DNA of 64,000 nt from Eledone cirrhosa (taxonomy: Eukaryota), in the NCBI GenBank assembly GCA_964016885.1, contig OZ024766.1, positions 16,182,001 to 16,246,000 on the forward strand, written 5' to 3'. Position numbers and translations under genes: made by a program. The notes beneath the pieces are model-generated. The model saw nothing but the letters and a program-made list of their open reading frames with translations. It had not been told where the DNA came from and ran no database searches. This document shows, piece by piece, positions 8,966 through 21,795 of the stretch (within the stretch, counting starts at the first letter, position 1; each line of letters begins with the position of its first letter).

Positions 8966-10910
8966 ACTTGTTTGTTCTGAAATTATTCTCCTTTCATTTT
9001 ATTTGTAGAAGTTGTAACCAAGACTTATGCTGACAAATCTGTATGGTACAGAATTTACAAACACTATATATATATATATATGTGTGCCAAAACATCTATG
9101 ATCTCGGTTTACAGCTGATGAAGGGTTTCTTCTCTCCTTTCATCCATATTACCATCTTAAACTTTGTTTACAGTAACCACACAACTCCTTTCGTTTCTTA
9201 TGATTTTATATATATATATAACAAAGGAGGTGTGGTAAAGAACCAGATGGACCATATACGCACCAGAGTACTCAATACTTAGGGTAGTAGAGCGGGTAGT
9301 AGGGGTTGAGTATCTGTATTTCAGGGAACTGCTTTGATGGTGAAGTTACATCTGTTGGTGTGGGATCTCGGTGGCTGTACATAATAAGGTTCTAATACTC
9401 TAAAGAGCTAGCTGAATAACCGTCTGATACATGTCTTGTATAGAGGATCATAAAGCCATGTATAGAAGAGCAGTCAGCAATGTCAGGATTAACATTCATT
9501 ATAGTGAAGTGGCAGTATCGGTAGAGAGTCGGACACCATGCTTTGAGGCACAGAGTTACGTCCCTTTATGATCTGAGTTCAAATCCCGCCGAGGTTAACT
9601 TTGCCTTACATCCATACGGGGTTGATAAAATAAAGTACCAGTAATGTACTGGATAATTGCTGGCCTTGTGTTTAAAATAGAAACAATTATAGTGAATAAT
9701 TTGGAGTGTAGTGTGGTGTCCACCAGGGCTCTGTTGTTAGCCCTCACTTAGTTATTATCGTCCTGCAGCCTATAACAGAGATGTTTAAGACTGGCTGCCC
9801 ATGGTAACTCTTGTATGCACAGCAGGACCTGAAGAATGCGGTCATGTGCATTTTCAAGGTCTATAAAACGATAATATATACCTCTTAGCAATACTCCCAC
9901 GATTTCTCAAAGACGTGCCACAGTGTGAATATTTGGTGGGTTATGTTGCACCCAGGGAGAAAACAGCACTGTCCATCAGCTAGCTTGGACTCGCTACATC
10001 ACTTTGCCAGAAACTTTGCATATACTTTACCAGGGAGTCTTAACAAGGTGATCCCTCTCTATTTGGAACAATCTCTCGTGTGTCCCTTTTTATAAATTGG
10101 GATTATCACTCCCGATTGCCTTTGCTTGAGTGCCATTTCAGAGACCCAGGCCATCTGACACACATGAGTCGGTCACATTTGAGCTCTTTAATTGCTCTTC
10201 TGACCTCAGCCTCCGAGAGATTAGTCACCGCTATCAGATTCACCTCATGTACATCCGAAGATGCTGTTGTGATCGGGTTTGGGAGATCAGCAAAGTATTC
10301 TCTCCACCTCATGAGGATCCATCTCTCTGAAGAGAAAAGAACCCCAGATACACTCATGGTTGCAGGTGTGGAGAAAGATTTCTTGTAACTAATTAAAAAC
10401 TAAAATAATTTGATTTTTCAATAAAAAGTTTCCAGGGTTTATAGATGTAAAATTTCCACTGTTAAATCTATCTCTGCTTCTTAAGTATTCTCTATTATTT
10501 CATACTGTTTCTTTTTCATTTCAGAATATCAGATGACATTAGGATAAATTATTATCTTCAATCTTGGATACATCACCTCTATTTATCATCATTTGAAGAT
10601 TAAAACTTTTTAAACAGAACTTATATAACACTGTTTATATAAATCTATCAGAATTACTGTGATATATTTCCTCAGAACTGAGTTTAAAGACAAAATTCCT
10701 TTTCTTCACTGTGTGGTATATATATATATATGAGAGATATATTTTGTATTTTAACTCAGCTTCAATGACAAAGAAGTTTGCATCATCTTCAGGTATTAAC
10801 TGAGATCATAATTGAGGGAAATATAACAGAAGAAATATTTTTTAGGAATATAATATAAAAAATATTAAAGAATAACATCTGTAAATTCTGCCAAGGGTAG
10901 AAGAATTATT

Positions 10911-12944
10911 ATGGAAAATAAATTGAGTGAAAAGAAGATTAAATGTGAAACAATGTCTAAAGATATGGCTATTACAGAAGAGATGTCAAAGGATAGAGGA
11001 GAGAAGCCATATCACTGTGATGTTTGTGGTAAATCATTCTCTGAAAGTAGTAAATTAACTAGTCACAAACGTATACATACAGTAGAGAAGCCATATCACT
11101 GTGATATCTGTGGTAAATCATTCTTTGTTAATGGTAATTTAACAAGCCACAAACGTACACATACAGTAGAGAAACCATATCACTGTGATGTCTGTGGTAA
11201 ATCATTCCTTGATAATAGTAAATTAACTAGCCACATGCGTATACATACAGGTGAGAAGCCATATCACTGTGATATCTGTGGTGAATCATTCTCTCAAAGT
11301 AGTACCTTAACTAGACACAAACGTACACATACAGGAGAGAAGCCATATCACTGTGATATCTGTGGTAAATCATTCTCTCGAAGTAGTATATTAACTAGCC
11401 ACATGCGTATACATAGAGGTGAGAAACCATATCACTGTGATATCTGTGGTAAATCATTCTCTGAAAGTGGTCACTTAACTAGCCACAAACGTATACATAC
11501 AGGAGAGATGCCATATCACTGTGATATCTGTGGTAAATCATATTCTCAGAGTAATGCCTTAACAAGCCACAAACGTATACATACAGGAGACAAGCCATAT
11601 CACTGTGATATCTGTGGTCAATCATTCTCTCGAAGTGGTACCTTAACTAGCCACAAACGTATACATACAGGAGAGAAGCCATACCACTGTGATATCTGTG
11701 GTAAATCATTCTATGATAGTAGTACCTTAACTAGCCACAAACGTATACATACAGGAGAGAAGCCATATCACTGTGATATCTGTGGTAAATCATTCTTTGT
11801 TAATGGTAATTTAAATAGCCACATGCGTATACATACAGGTGAGAAGCCATATCACTGTGATATCTGTGGTAAATCATATTCTCACAGTAATGCCTTAACT
11901 AGACACAAACGTATACATACAGGAGAGAAGCCATATCACTGTGATATCTGTGGTAAATCATTCTCTGTAAGTGGTAACTTAACTAGCCACAAACGTATAC
12001 ATACAGGAGAGATGCCATATCACTGTGATATCTGTGGTAAATCATATTCTCGGAGTAATGCCTTAACAAGCCACAAACGTATACATACAGGAGACAAGCC
12101 ATATCACTGTGATATCTGTGGTCAATCATTCTCTCGAAGTGGTACCTTAACTAGCCACAAACGTATACATACAGGAGAGAAGCCATACCACTGTGATATC
12201 TGTGGTAAATCATTCTATGATAGTAGTACCTTAACTAGCCACAAACGTATACATACAGGAGAGAAGCCATATCACTGTGATATCTGTGGTAAATCATTCT
12301 TTGTTAATGGTAATTTAAATAGCCACATGCGTATACATACAGGTGAGAAGCCATATCACTGTGATATCTGTGGTAAATCATTCTCTCGAAGAAGTTACTT
12401 AACTGAGCACTTACGTATCCATACAGGAGACAAGCCATATCACTGTGATATCTGTGGTCAATCATTCTCTCGAAGTGGTACCTTAACTAGCCACAAACGT
12501 ATACATACAGGAGAGAAGCCATACCACTGTGATATCTGTGGTAAATCATTCTATGATAGTAGTACCTTAACTAGCCACAAACGTATACATACAGGAGAGA
12601 AGCCATATCACTGTGATATCTGTGGTAAATCATTCTTTGAAAATAGTAAATTAACTAGTCACAAACGTACACATACGGGAGAGAAGCCATATCACTGTGA
12701 TATCTGTGGTAAATCATTCTCTGAAAGTAGTACCTTAACTAGCCACAAACGTATCCATACAGGAGAGAAGCCATATCGCTGTGATATCTGTGGTAAATCA
12801 TTCTCTCAAAGTAGTCCCTTAACTCAACACTTACGTATCCATACAGGTGAGAAGCCACATCACTGTGATATCTGTGGTAAATCATTCTCTCAATTAAGTA
12901 ATTTAACTAAACACAAATATACCCATACAGGTAAGAAACCATAA
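10911..12944 (+). CDS. C2H2 zinc finger protein, 23 tandem fingers (677 aa)
   Basis: Identical to gene 1 over the leader and fingers 1-14; 8 additional fingers; same terminal helix QLSNLTKH. Confidence 0.95.
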   Translation: MENKLSEKKIKCETMSKDMAITEEMSKDRGEKPYHCDVCGKSFSESSKLTSHKRIHTVEKPYHCDICGKSFFVNGNLTSHKRTHTVEKPYHCDVCGKSFLDNSKLTSHMRIHTGEKPYHCDICGESFSQSSTLTRHKRTHTGEKPYHCDICGKSFSRSSILTSHMRIHRGEKPYHCDICGKSFSESGHLTSHKRIHTGEMPYHCDICGKSYSQSNALTSHKRIHTGDKPYHCDICGQSFSRSGTLTSHKRIHTGEKPYHCDICGKSFYDSSTLTSHKRIHTGEKPYHCDICGKSFFVNGNLNSHMRIHTGEKPYHCDICGKSYSHSNALTRHKRIHTGEKPYHCDICGKSFSVSGNLTSHKRIHTGEMPYHCDICGKSYSRSNALTSHKRIHTGDKPYHCDICGQSFSRSGTLTSHKRIHTGEKPYHCDICGKSFYDSSTLTSHKRIHTGEKPYHCDICGKSFFVNGNLNSHMRIHTGEKPYHCDICGKSFSRRSYLTEHLRIHTGDKPYHCDICGQSFSRSGTLTSHKRIHTGEKPYHCDICGKSFYDSSTLTSHKRIHTGEKPYHCDICGKSFFENSKLTSHKRTHTGEKPYHCDICGKSFSESSTLTSHKRIHTGEKPYRCDICGKSFSQSSPLTQHLRIHTGEKPHHCDICGKSFSQLSNLTKHKYTHTGKKP

Positions 12945-13477
12945 CAAAGTCATATCTCATTGTCTCAAAATTGTAAATTAATTAGACACAAATACATTCA
13001 TATGAGTGAGAAGCCATACCACTGTGATATTGTGGAGAAATTATTCTCTTGTATTGCTACATTAACTACATACAAACATAAATATATACTGGAGAAAAAC
13101 CATATTACAGTGATATCTGTGGAAATTGTTATCTATAAAAGCTAGCTTAACTAGACACAAACATATATATACAGGAGAGAAACTATATCACTGTGATATC
13201 TGTGGGAAATCTTTCTCTGAAATAAGTCACTTCACTCAGCACTAACATTTACAGAAAAGGAACCATATCATTGTGATATCTGCAGTAAATCATTCTCTAA
13301 ATGTGGCTTCACTAGACACTAACATATACAGGAGAGGAACTATATCACTGTGATGTCTGTGGTAAATCCTTCTCTAAATGTTGAGAATTCCCTACACACT
13401 AACATATACAGGAGAGGAACCATATCACTGTGTTGTCTGTGGTAAATCATTTTCTAAATGTTGTGGTACCAACATAA
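12945..13477 (+). pseudogene. ~7 degenerate fingers in the 3' UTR of gene 2
   Basis: Same as 8338-8870. Confidence 0.85.
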
Positions 13478-14025
13478 GGTTACTTAATGTAACAGAAACA
13501 CAATCAGACAAGATAAAAACCATGTCACTCACTGAAAATAGTGCCACCAATGTTGTTAATGTTTTGAATAAAACTTGTTTGTTCTGAAATTATTCTCCTT
13601 TCATTTTATTTGGAGAAGTTGTAACCAAGACTTATGCTGACAAATCTGTATGGTACAGAATTTACAAACACTATATATATATATATATGTGTGCCAAAAC
13701 ATCTATGATCTCGGTTTACAGCTGATGAAGGGTTTCTTCTCTCCTTTCATCCATATTACCATCTTAAACTTTGTTTACAGTAACCACACAACTCCTTTCG
13801 TTTCTTATGATTTTATATATATATATAACAAAGGAGGTGTGGTAAAGAACCAGATGGACCATATACGCACCAGAGTACTCAATACTTAGGGTAGTAGAGC
13901 GGGTAATAGGAAAATGTTTAAACCCGACGGCAGAGCTCAATCCGTTTCGACGGCTATTTCTGGAAACAGTCCAGAAATAACCGTCGAAATGACTTTAGCT
14001 CTGCTGTCGGGGTTAAACATTTTCC

Positions 14026-14057
<32 letters not shown>

Positions 14058-15011
14058 AGTGTATATGTCAGTGTGTAGAAATTTCTGTCCATGAAAATGA
14101 TTATCTTTATTTGTGTATATGTGTATATGTATATGTATGTTTATATGTGTTCTTATATACATGTGTGCACATCTTGAAATATTTTCAGTGTCTGTTCTAG
14201 TTCTCAGAGTACAAATCCCACTGAGGTAAAGTTGCTTCGATATTTTGAGGTCAATAAATGAAATACCAGTGAAATACTGGGTGGTTAATTCCTCTTCTTT
14301 GTCATTGTCTGTTTGTCTACTCATCTCTTTCTCTGTATATATATATATATATCCAAAATTAAGATAAATTAAAATAAAATTAATGTAAATCAAATTATGG
14401 GTGTCATGCCAGAAAGACAGGCGCCATATCACTCGTAAAATAAGCTCCATGGAGCTTATTTTATGGGTGATATGGTGCATGTCTTTCTGGCATGACACCC
14501 ATAATTTGATATAGAATAATTTTATTTTAATTTATCTTAATTTTGGATACATATATATATATAAGTACGGCCCCTTAATTGTAGAGCTAACTCTGTTGAA
14601 AGGACCTGACTGCTGTTTCTAGTTGTCAATAACTCTATTCACGCCACTGGGACAAAGCTGGTATGATGTGTGTATTTTTAGTAGATACAGCACGTGTTAC
14701 TGGTCAGTCGCTGATTTGAACTTGATGCGTAAACACAGATGGTTGGACTTCTTCCTGGTTGAGAATCCAAGATCTGGCTACTGTCGTTTACCAATCGATT
14801 AATTGGTGAAATATATTTCTTTAATGGAATATATACAAGGAAGATTAATCATTTTCTAAGGTATCTATTTTTGAAGTTCTAGTTAAACTTTATTTAGTTA
14901 CCTACCTAGCAATGTGTGCTTACACACTTTTACAAATTATCCCCTGTGATTGTTTCATATGTTTATTTATATTTCAATCAATTTCTAGTTGATATATATA
15001 TATATATATAT

Positions 15012-15296
15012 CAGTTCAATTCTCAGACCGGGTGATGTGTTGTTTCCTTGAGCAAGACACTTTATTTCACATTGCTCCAGTTTACTCAGCTGTAGAAATG
15101 AAATGATAGGGACTGGGGTCCCTATCATTCCACTTTAAAGTGGTCGTGGAGGTGCCACGGCAAAAAAGCACCCAGCACTCACTGTAAATGAGGTTGGTGT
15201 TAGGAAGGGCATCCAGCTGTAGAATTCAAGCCAGAATCAGTTCCCGTCTCACCCTTGCAAGCAGAGAAAAGTGGACGTAAAATGAAATGATGATGA
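15012..15296 (+). mobile_element. SINE inserted in a (TA)n tract, present in only one unit
   Basis: B-box-like gttcaattc, ccttgagcaagacactttatttcac core, gttaggaagggcatccagctgtag, (ATG)n tail; flanked by (TA)n; absent at equivalent sites (~1600, 24840, 57305). Confidence 0.82.
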
Positions 15297-16259
15297 TATA
15301 TATATATATATACACGTGGAAAAGTAAAATATAGCAGAACAGACCGTTAAAAGATGTTTATTTAAAATAGCAACTATGTACATTTCACCTGGATGGGCTT
15401 CACAAGGGTATAAATAACTAAAAAGTGTTCCTTACATGGCCCAGAATGTGTTTTTAGAGATAAGTTCACGTCAGAGTTCATTCTACGCGAAAAAGCGTGT
15501 TTTGATTTTGCAGTAGGTCAAGGGAGGTAATTCTAGCTGGTGTTAGGGCAGTCTTTCCCGGAAAATTTTTTTATCTGTTAAAAGATATGGTTACAACCCT
15601 ACCATTGTCGATACGCACAGCGTCAGGTATGCAACGTTTGTTTGCTGCACCTGCCCGCCTTGGTCATTTGAAGCCATGTCTGGGATACATGGTTAGTTTC
15701 ATGATTTTTTTTGCAGCACCTGCTATATATATATATATATGAGCGAGACACGGTCACCCGACCTAACTTGCTTCTAAATACGACAAACCCGTCCAACCCA
15801 TGCTAGCATGGAAGATAGATAATAATCGATGATGATGATATCTAGGGATTGTAACATTACCACAACAGAAGTCTGACAAGCTTTTGATTCCAGAGTCAGG
15901 CTAGATCAATACAGATCAAACCTTGAGCTGATCGATAGCAAAACGTGCTTCACTGCTCAATAAATGTAATGAAGACATGACAAATTGTCCTCTCGCTCCC
16001 TCTCTCTATATATAGAGAAAAGGTGAAGTTAGAAATAGCACGGAAAATATATTTTAGGGCCTGTTTTATGTTATATATCTTTTGATTCGTTAAAGTGACC
16101 CTATTGAAAAAATGGGAGAGACATCATCATTCATCATCATTTCATTTCACGTCCACATTTTCCCTGCTTGCAAGGGTGGTACGGGAACTGATTGTGGCTT
16201 GATTTCTAAAGATGGATGCCCTTCCTAACGCCAACCTCATTTACAGTGAGTGCTGGGTG

Positions 16260-18560
16260 CTGTCATGTTGAATGTTTTTCATGTTGTGGTAGGCATATTT
16301 CTGGCCATCCACCAGTCAAGGTTTATTTTCATCCACAAACTTACGCAACACTTCAATATCATGGTTTGTCTCCGGAAAAAGTGATTGTATTAACTCAATT
16401 TCTTCTGGCTCTGGCATCCTACATTGCTATTCATTGTTGGAATTCAATGGGACAGGTTGCAAAGAGGTTGATTGTAAATCTTGGAGGTAGATTCCACATA
16501 AATATTGCTATAACGTCTTTGGGCTAGGTGTAGATAGTCGTCTGACATATTGTATTTGTGCTCCTGCCAGGGTAGATGAGATTTATTCCACATGCTGTGA
16601 GTATAGTAGCAAACAACTGTCTTATTTAACTGGCTACTCTAGTGACTGCTCCTTCTAGTACCTTCTCCCAATGTCAGTTGTCATACAGGTGTCCATGGCT
16701 GTCTTATTTAACAGGCTACTCCAGTGACTGCTCCTTCTAGTCTCTTCTTCCAATGTCAGTTGTCATACAGGTGTCCATGGCTGTCTTATTTAACTGGCTA
16801 CTCCAGTGACTGCCCCTTCTAGTCTATTCTTCCAATGTCAGTTGTCATACAGGTGTCCATGGCTGTCTTATTTAACTGGCTACTCCAGTGACTGCTCCTT
16901 CTAGTCTCTTCTTCCAATGTCAGTTGTGATACAGGTGTCCATGGCTGACTTATTTAACTGGCTACTCCAGTGACTGCTCCTTCCAATCTCTTCTTCCAAT
17001 GTCAGTTGTCATACAGGAGTCCATGGCTGTCTTATTTAACTGGCTACTCCAGTGACTGCTCCTTCTAGTCCCTTCTTCCAATGTCAGTTGTCATACAGGT
17101 GTCCATGGCTGTCTTGTTTAACTGGCTACTCCAGTGACTGCTCCTTCTAGTCTCTTCTTCCAATGTCAGTTGTCATACAGGTGTCCATGGCTGTCTTATT
17201 TAACTGGCTACTCCAGTGACTGCTCCTTCTAGTCTCTTCTTCCAATGTCAATTGTCATACAGGAGTCCATGACTGTTTTATTTAACTGGCCACTCCAGTG
17301 ACTGCTCCTTCTAGTCTCTTCTTCCAATGTCAGTTGTCATACAGGTGTCCATGGCTGTCTTATTTAACTGGCTACTCCAGTGACTGCCCCTTCTAGTCTA
17401 TTCTTCCAATGTCAGTTGTCATACAGGTGTCCATGGCTGTCTTATTTAACTGGCTACTCCAGTGACTGCTCCTTCTAGTCTCTTCTTCCAATGTCAGTTG
17501 TCATACAGGTGTCCATGGCTGACTTATTTAACTGGCTACTCCAGTGACTGCTCCTTCTAATCTCTTCTTCCAATGTCAGTTGTCATACAGGAGTCCATGG
17601 CTGTCTTATTTAACTGGCTACTCCAGTGTCTGCTCCTTCTAGTCCCTTCTTCCAATGTCAGTTGTCATACAGGTGTCCATGGCTGTCTTATTTAACTGGC
17701 TACTCCAGTGTCTGCTCCTTCTAGTCTCTTCTTCCAATGTCAGTTGTCATACAGGTGTCCATGGCTGTCTTATTTAACTGGCTACTCCAGTGACTGCTCC
17801 TTCTAGTCTCTTCTTCCAATGTCAATTGTCATACAGGTGTCCATGGCCATCTTATTTAACTGGCTACTACAGTGACTACTCCTTCTAGACCCTTCTTCCA
17901 ATGTCAGTTGTCATACAGGATTCCATGGCTGTCTTATTTAACTGGCTACTCCAGTGACTGCTCCTTCTCGTCTCTTCTTCCAATGTCAGTTGTCATACGG
18001 GTGTCCATGGCTGTCTTATTTAACTGGCTACTACAGTGACTGCTCCTTCTAGTCCCTTCTTCCAATGTCAGTTGTCATACAGGAGTCCATGGCTGTCTTA
18101 TTTAACTGGCTACTCCAGTGACTGCCCCTTCTTGCCTCTTCTTCCAATGTCAATTGCCATGCAGGAGTTGATGTTCTTTAAATGCTTCTTGATATGTGCT
18201 GCACTCTCCCTCCAAATCACCTGAGATCCTCAAATGACGTTGGTCCTTGAACAATAAGCAGAAGTGGCTGTAAGTAAAAACTCTCTCTGTTGTTGGGGTG
18301 GTCATTGTAAACATGCCCAATAGCATCACTTGCCTTGACTTCATCACCTTCCACTAAATGACCCTGCTTCCTTTGATTCCAAGTCTTACAATTGGTCCAG
18401 GTGTAGTATTTTGGGATGTCAGCATATAGGAGGGATCGAAGAAATTCTTTATTCTGGCAGTGTTTCAAAAAAGCAGTTAGAGTAGTGTCAGGTGGTGCTG
18501 GTGTCAACTGATGAGAAGTGGTTTCAGTGAAGTACACACTCTGTCCATTTTCTATATGTA
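16260..18560 (-). mobile_element. Helitron RepHel relic, copy 2
   Basis: ORFs 18217-18582 and 18150-18347 (..ECSTYQEAFKEHQLL) on the minus strand. Confidence 0.88.
16617..18162. repeat. 82-bp VNTR, ~19 copies
   Basis: Period from ctgtcttatt at 16781 and 16863. Confidence 0.95.
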
Positions 18561-21500
18561 TAGAGATAAGGATGAAAAGCAAAGTTAATCTCTCAGAGGT
18601 TAGCTTTGCCTTTCATCCCTACGGGGTCGGTAAAATAAAGTACCAGTAATGTCCTTGGGTATTGCTGGCCTTGTGCCTAATGTAGAAACAATTATTACAG
18701 GGTCGATAAAATAAAGTACCAGTAATATACTAGGGTAATTGCTGGCCTTGTGCCAAAAGTAGAAACAATTATCACATTTCTTTTTAATAAATCACATCAC
18801 TATAGAATTAAATACGACTGGAAATGTGTGTGAAAGTACAAAATTATGTCAGGGACCTTTCACGCTTGACACCGAACGAGAGTCGAAACATTCGCTAAGA
18901 CACCGAGTACCTGCTGTCTTCGTTATAACTTTAATTAATCTAATTATATCTTGTGTAACAATTATATATATATACACACACAATTTTAATTCCCCGACAT
19001 CAGTCTTACACTGTCATATCTATTCTTACTTTACAATTGTGTCTACTAAGAGTTCCATTACAATCTCTAGTAGTAAAACTACTATTTCACCAGAACATCT
19101 GCTATCAGCCATTTATAGACAATATATATATTTTAGACCACATTTCAACCTAACATATATATATTTCTATCAAATATGTAGCTAAAGACATAAAGTCAGC
19201 CTCACTACTTCATTCTAACAAGATATCAATTTATGACTAAAGATGAAGAAGATACACCAACGTTAATGTCGTGAAATAAAGCTGATAACATTGAAACTTC
19301 TAATTTGATAACAAAGAGATTATTTCTTTGGTTGTTTAGTAACAACTAACAACACAATACATTGATTATATGTGAAGGAGGTAAGTTGACAAAGATTTAC
19401 TTAATGTCTATATTAATGTGTGTAAATAATATAATTATGTGACCCCTACAACGCACCAGTAATTAACCAGATTCCACTGTTTAATGTGATATAAAATATA
19501 TTGTTATGACTGTCTTTATTATTTAAATTACCTCCGTCTATTTAATTATCTAGTTCACTACCTTACATTATAAAATATAGTTTATATTTAGCTGTACCTT
19601 GTTATTGTTTTAAGTAAATTAAAAATATATTTATTATTTAAATTACCCCCGTCAATTTAATTATCTTGTTCACTACCTTACATTATAAAATATAGTTTAT
19701 ATTTAGCTGTACCTTGTTATTGCTTTAAGTAAGTTAAAGATATATTTATTATTCAAATTACCTCCGTCTATTTAATTATGTGGTTCACTACCTTACATAA
19801 TGTAATTTATATTTAACTGTACCTTGTTATTGCTTGAAGTAAGTTAAATATATATTTATTATTTAAATTACCTCCGTCTATTTAATTATCTTGTTCACTA
19901 CCTTACATTATAAAATAAAGTTTATATTTATCTGTACCTTGTCATTGCTTTAAGTAAATTAAAGATATATTTATTATTTAAATTACCTCCGTCTATTTAA
20001 TTATGTGGTTCACTACCTTACATTATAAAATATAGTTTATATTTAGCTGTACCTTGTTATTGCTTTAAGTAAATTAATATTTTGTCTGTTTTAGTCTAAA
20101 TCTCTTACAATTTAATTAACTTCATCTACTTATGGTTGAACATTACTTTATTGTGGGTTTCATTTCATTATAATTATGTCTGATTAGCCAGCCAAGTAGG
20201 GGTTGCGTATCTGTATTTCAGGGAACTGCTTTGATGGTGAAGGGACATCTGTTGGTGTGGGATCTCGGTGGCTGTACATAATAAGGTTCTAATACTCTAA
20301 AGAGCTAGCTGAATAACCGTCTGATACATGTCTTGTATAGAGGATCATAAAGCCATGTATAGAAGAGCAGTCAGCAATGTCAGGATTAACATTCATTATA
20401 GTGAAGTGGCAGTATCGTTAGAGAGTCGGACACCATGCTTTGAGGCACAGAGTTACGTCCCTTTATGATCTGAGTTCAAATCCCGCCGAGGTTAACTTTG
20501 CCTTACATCCATACGGGGTCGATAAAATAAAGTACCAGTAATGTACTGGGTAATTGCTGGCCTTGTGTTTAAAATAGAAACAATTATAGTGAATAATTTG
20601 GAGTGTAGTCTGGTGTCCACCAGGGCTCTGTTCTTAGCCCTCACTTAGTTATTATCGTCCTGCAGCCTATAACAGAGATGTTTAAGACTGGCTGCCCATG
20701 GGAACTCCTGTATGCTCAGCAGGTCCTGAAGAATGCGGTCATGTGCATTTTCCAGGTCTATAAAACGATAATATATACCTCTTAGCAATACTCCCACGAT
20801 TTCTCAAAGACGTGCCACAGTGTGAATATTTGGTGGGTTATGTTGCACCCAGGGAGAAAACAGCACTGTCCATCAGCTAGCTTGGACTCGCTACATCACT
20901 TTGCCAGAAACTTTGCATATACTTTACCAGGGAGTCTTAACAAGGTGATCCCTCTCTATTTGGAACAATCTCTCGTGTGTCCCTTTTTATAAATTGGGAT
21001 TATCACTCCCGATTGCCTTTGCTTGAGTGCCATTTCAGAGACCCAGGCCATCTGACACACATGAGTCGGTCACATTTGAGCTCTTTAATTGCTCTTGTGA
21101 CCTCAGCCTCCGAGAGATTAGTCACCGCTATCAGATTCACCTCATGTACATCCGAAGATGCTGTTGTGATCGGGTTTGGGAGATCAGCAAAGTATTCTCT
21201 CCACCTCATGAGGATCCATCTCTCTGAAGAGAAAAGAACCCCAGATACACTCATGGTTGCAGGTGTGGAGAAAGATTTCTTGTAACTAATTAAAAACTAA
21301 AATAATTTGATTTTTCAATAAAAAGTTTCCAGGGTTTATAGATGTAAAATTTCCACTGTTAAATCTATCTCTGCTTCTTAAGTATTCTCTATTGTTTCAT
21401 ACTGTTTCTTTTTCATTTCAGAATATCAGATGACATTAGGATAAATTATTATTTTCAATCTTGGATACATCACCTCTATTTATCATCATTTGAAGATTAA

Positions 21501-21795
21501 AACTTTTTAAACAGAACTTATATAACACTGTTTATATAAATCTATCAGAATTACTGTGATATATTTCCTCAGAACTGAGTTTAAAGACAAAATTCCTTTT
21601 CTTCACTGTGTGGTATATATATATGAGAGATATATTTTGTATTTTAACTCAGCTTCAATGACAAAGAAGTTTGCATCATCTTCAGATATTAACTGAGATC
21701 ATAATTGAGGAAAATATAACAGAAATAATATTTTTTAGGAAAAAAAATATTAAAGAATAACATCTGTAAATTCTGCCAAGGGTAGAAGAATTATT

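Larger units (their letters stand above)
9298..13900 (+). repeat. Partial tandem duplication: matches 5363-9297 at offset 3935 bp, plus 672 bp of extra fingers
   Basis: Junction agcgggt-agtagg-ggttgag joins the gene 1 3' flank to mid-intron sequence; ORF starts 6145/10080 and 6976/10911 differ by 3935. Confidence 0.9.

Noticed and set aside
8771-8980. 69-aa and 61-aa ORFs downstream of the ZNF stop as separate genes
   Set aside because: They are pieces of frameshifted pseudo-fingers with non-ATG or out-of-context starts, and they vary between paralogs.
16617-18162. 82-bp VNTR as a degenerate zinc-finger array or a coding repeat
   Set aside because: The period is close to 84 but there is no finger similarity on either strand, 82 is not a multiple of 3, and the unit has stops; it derives from Helitron sequence.
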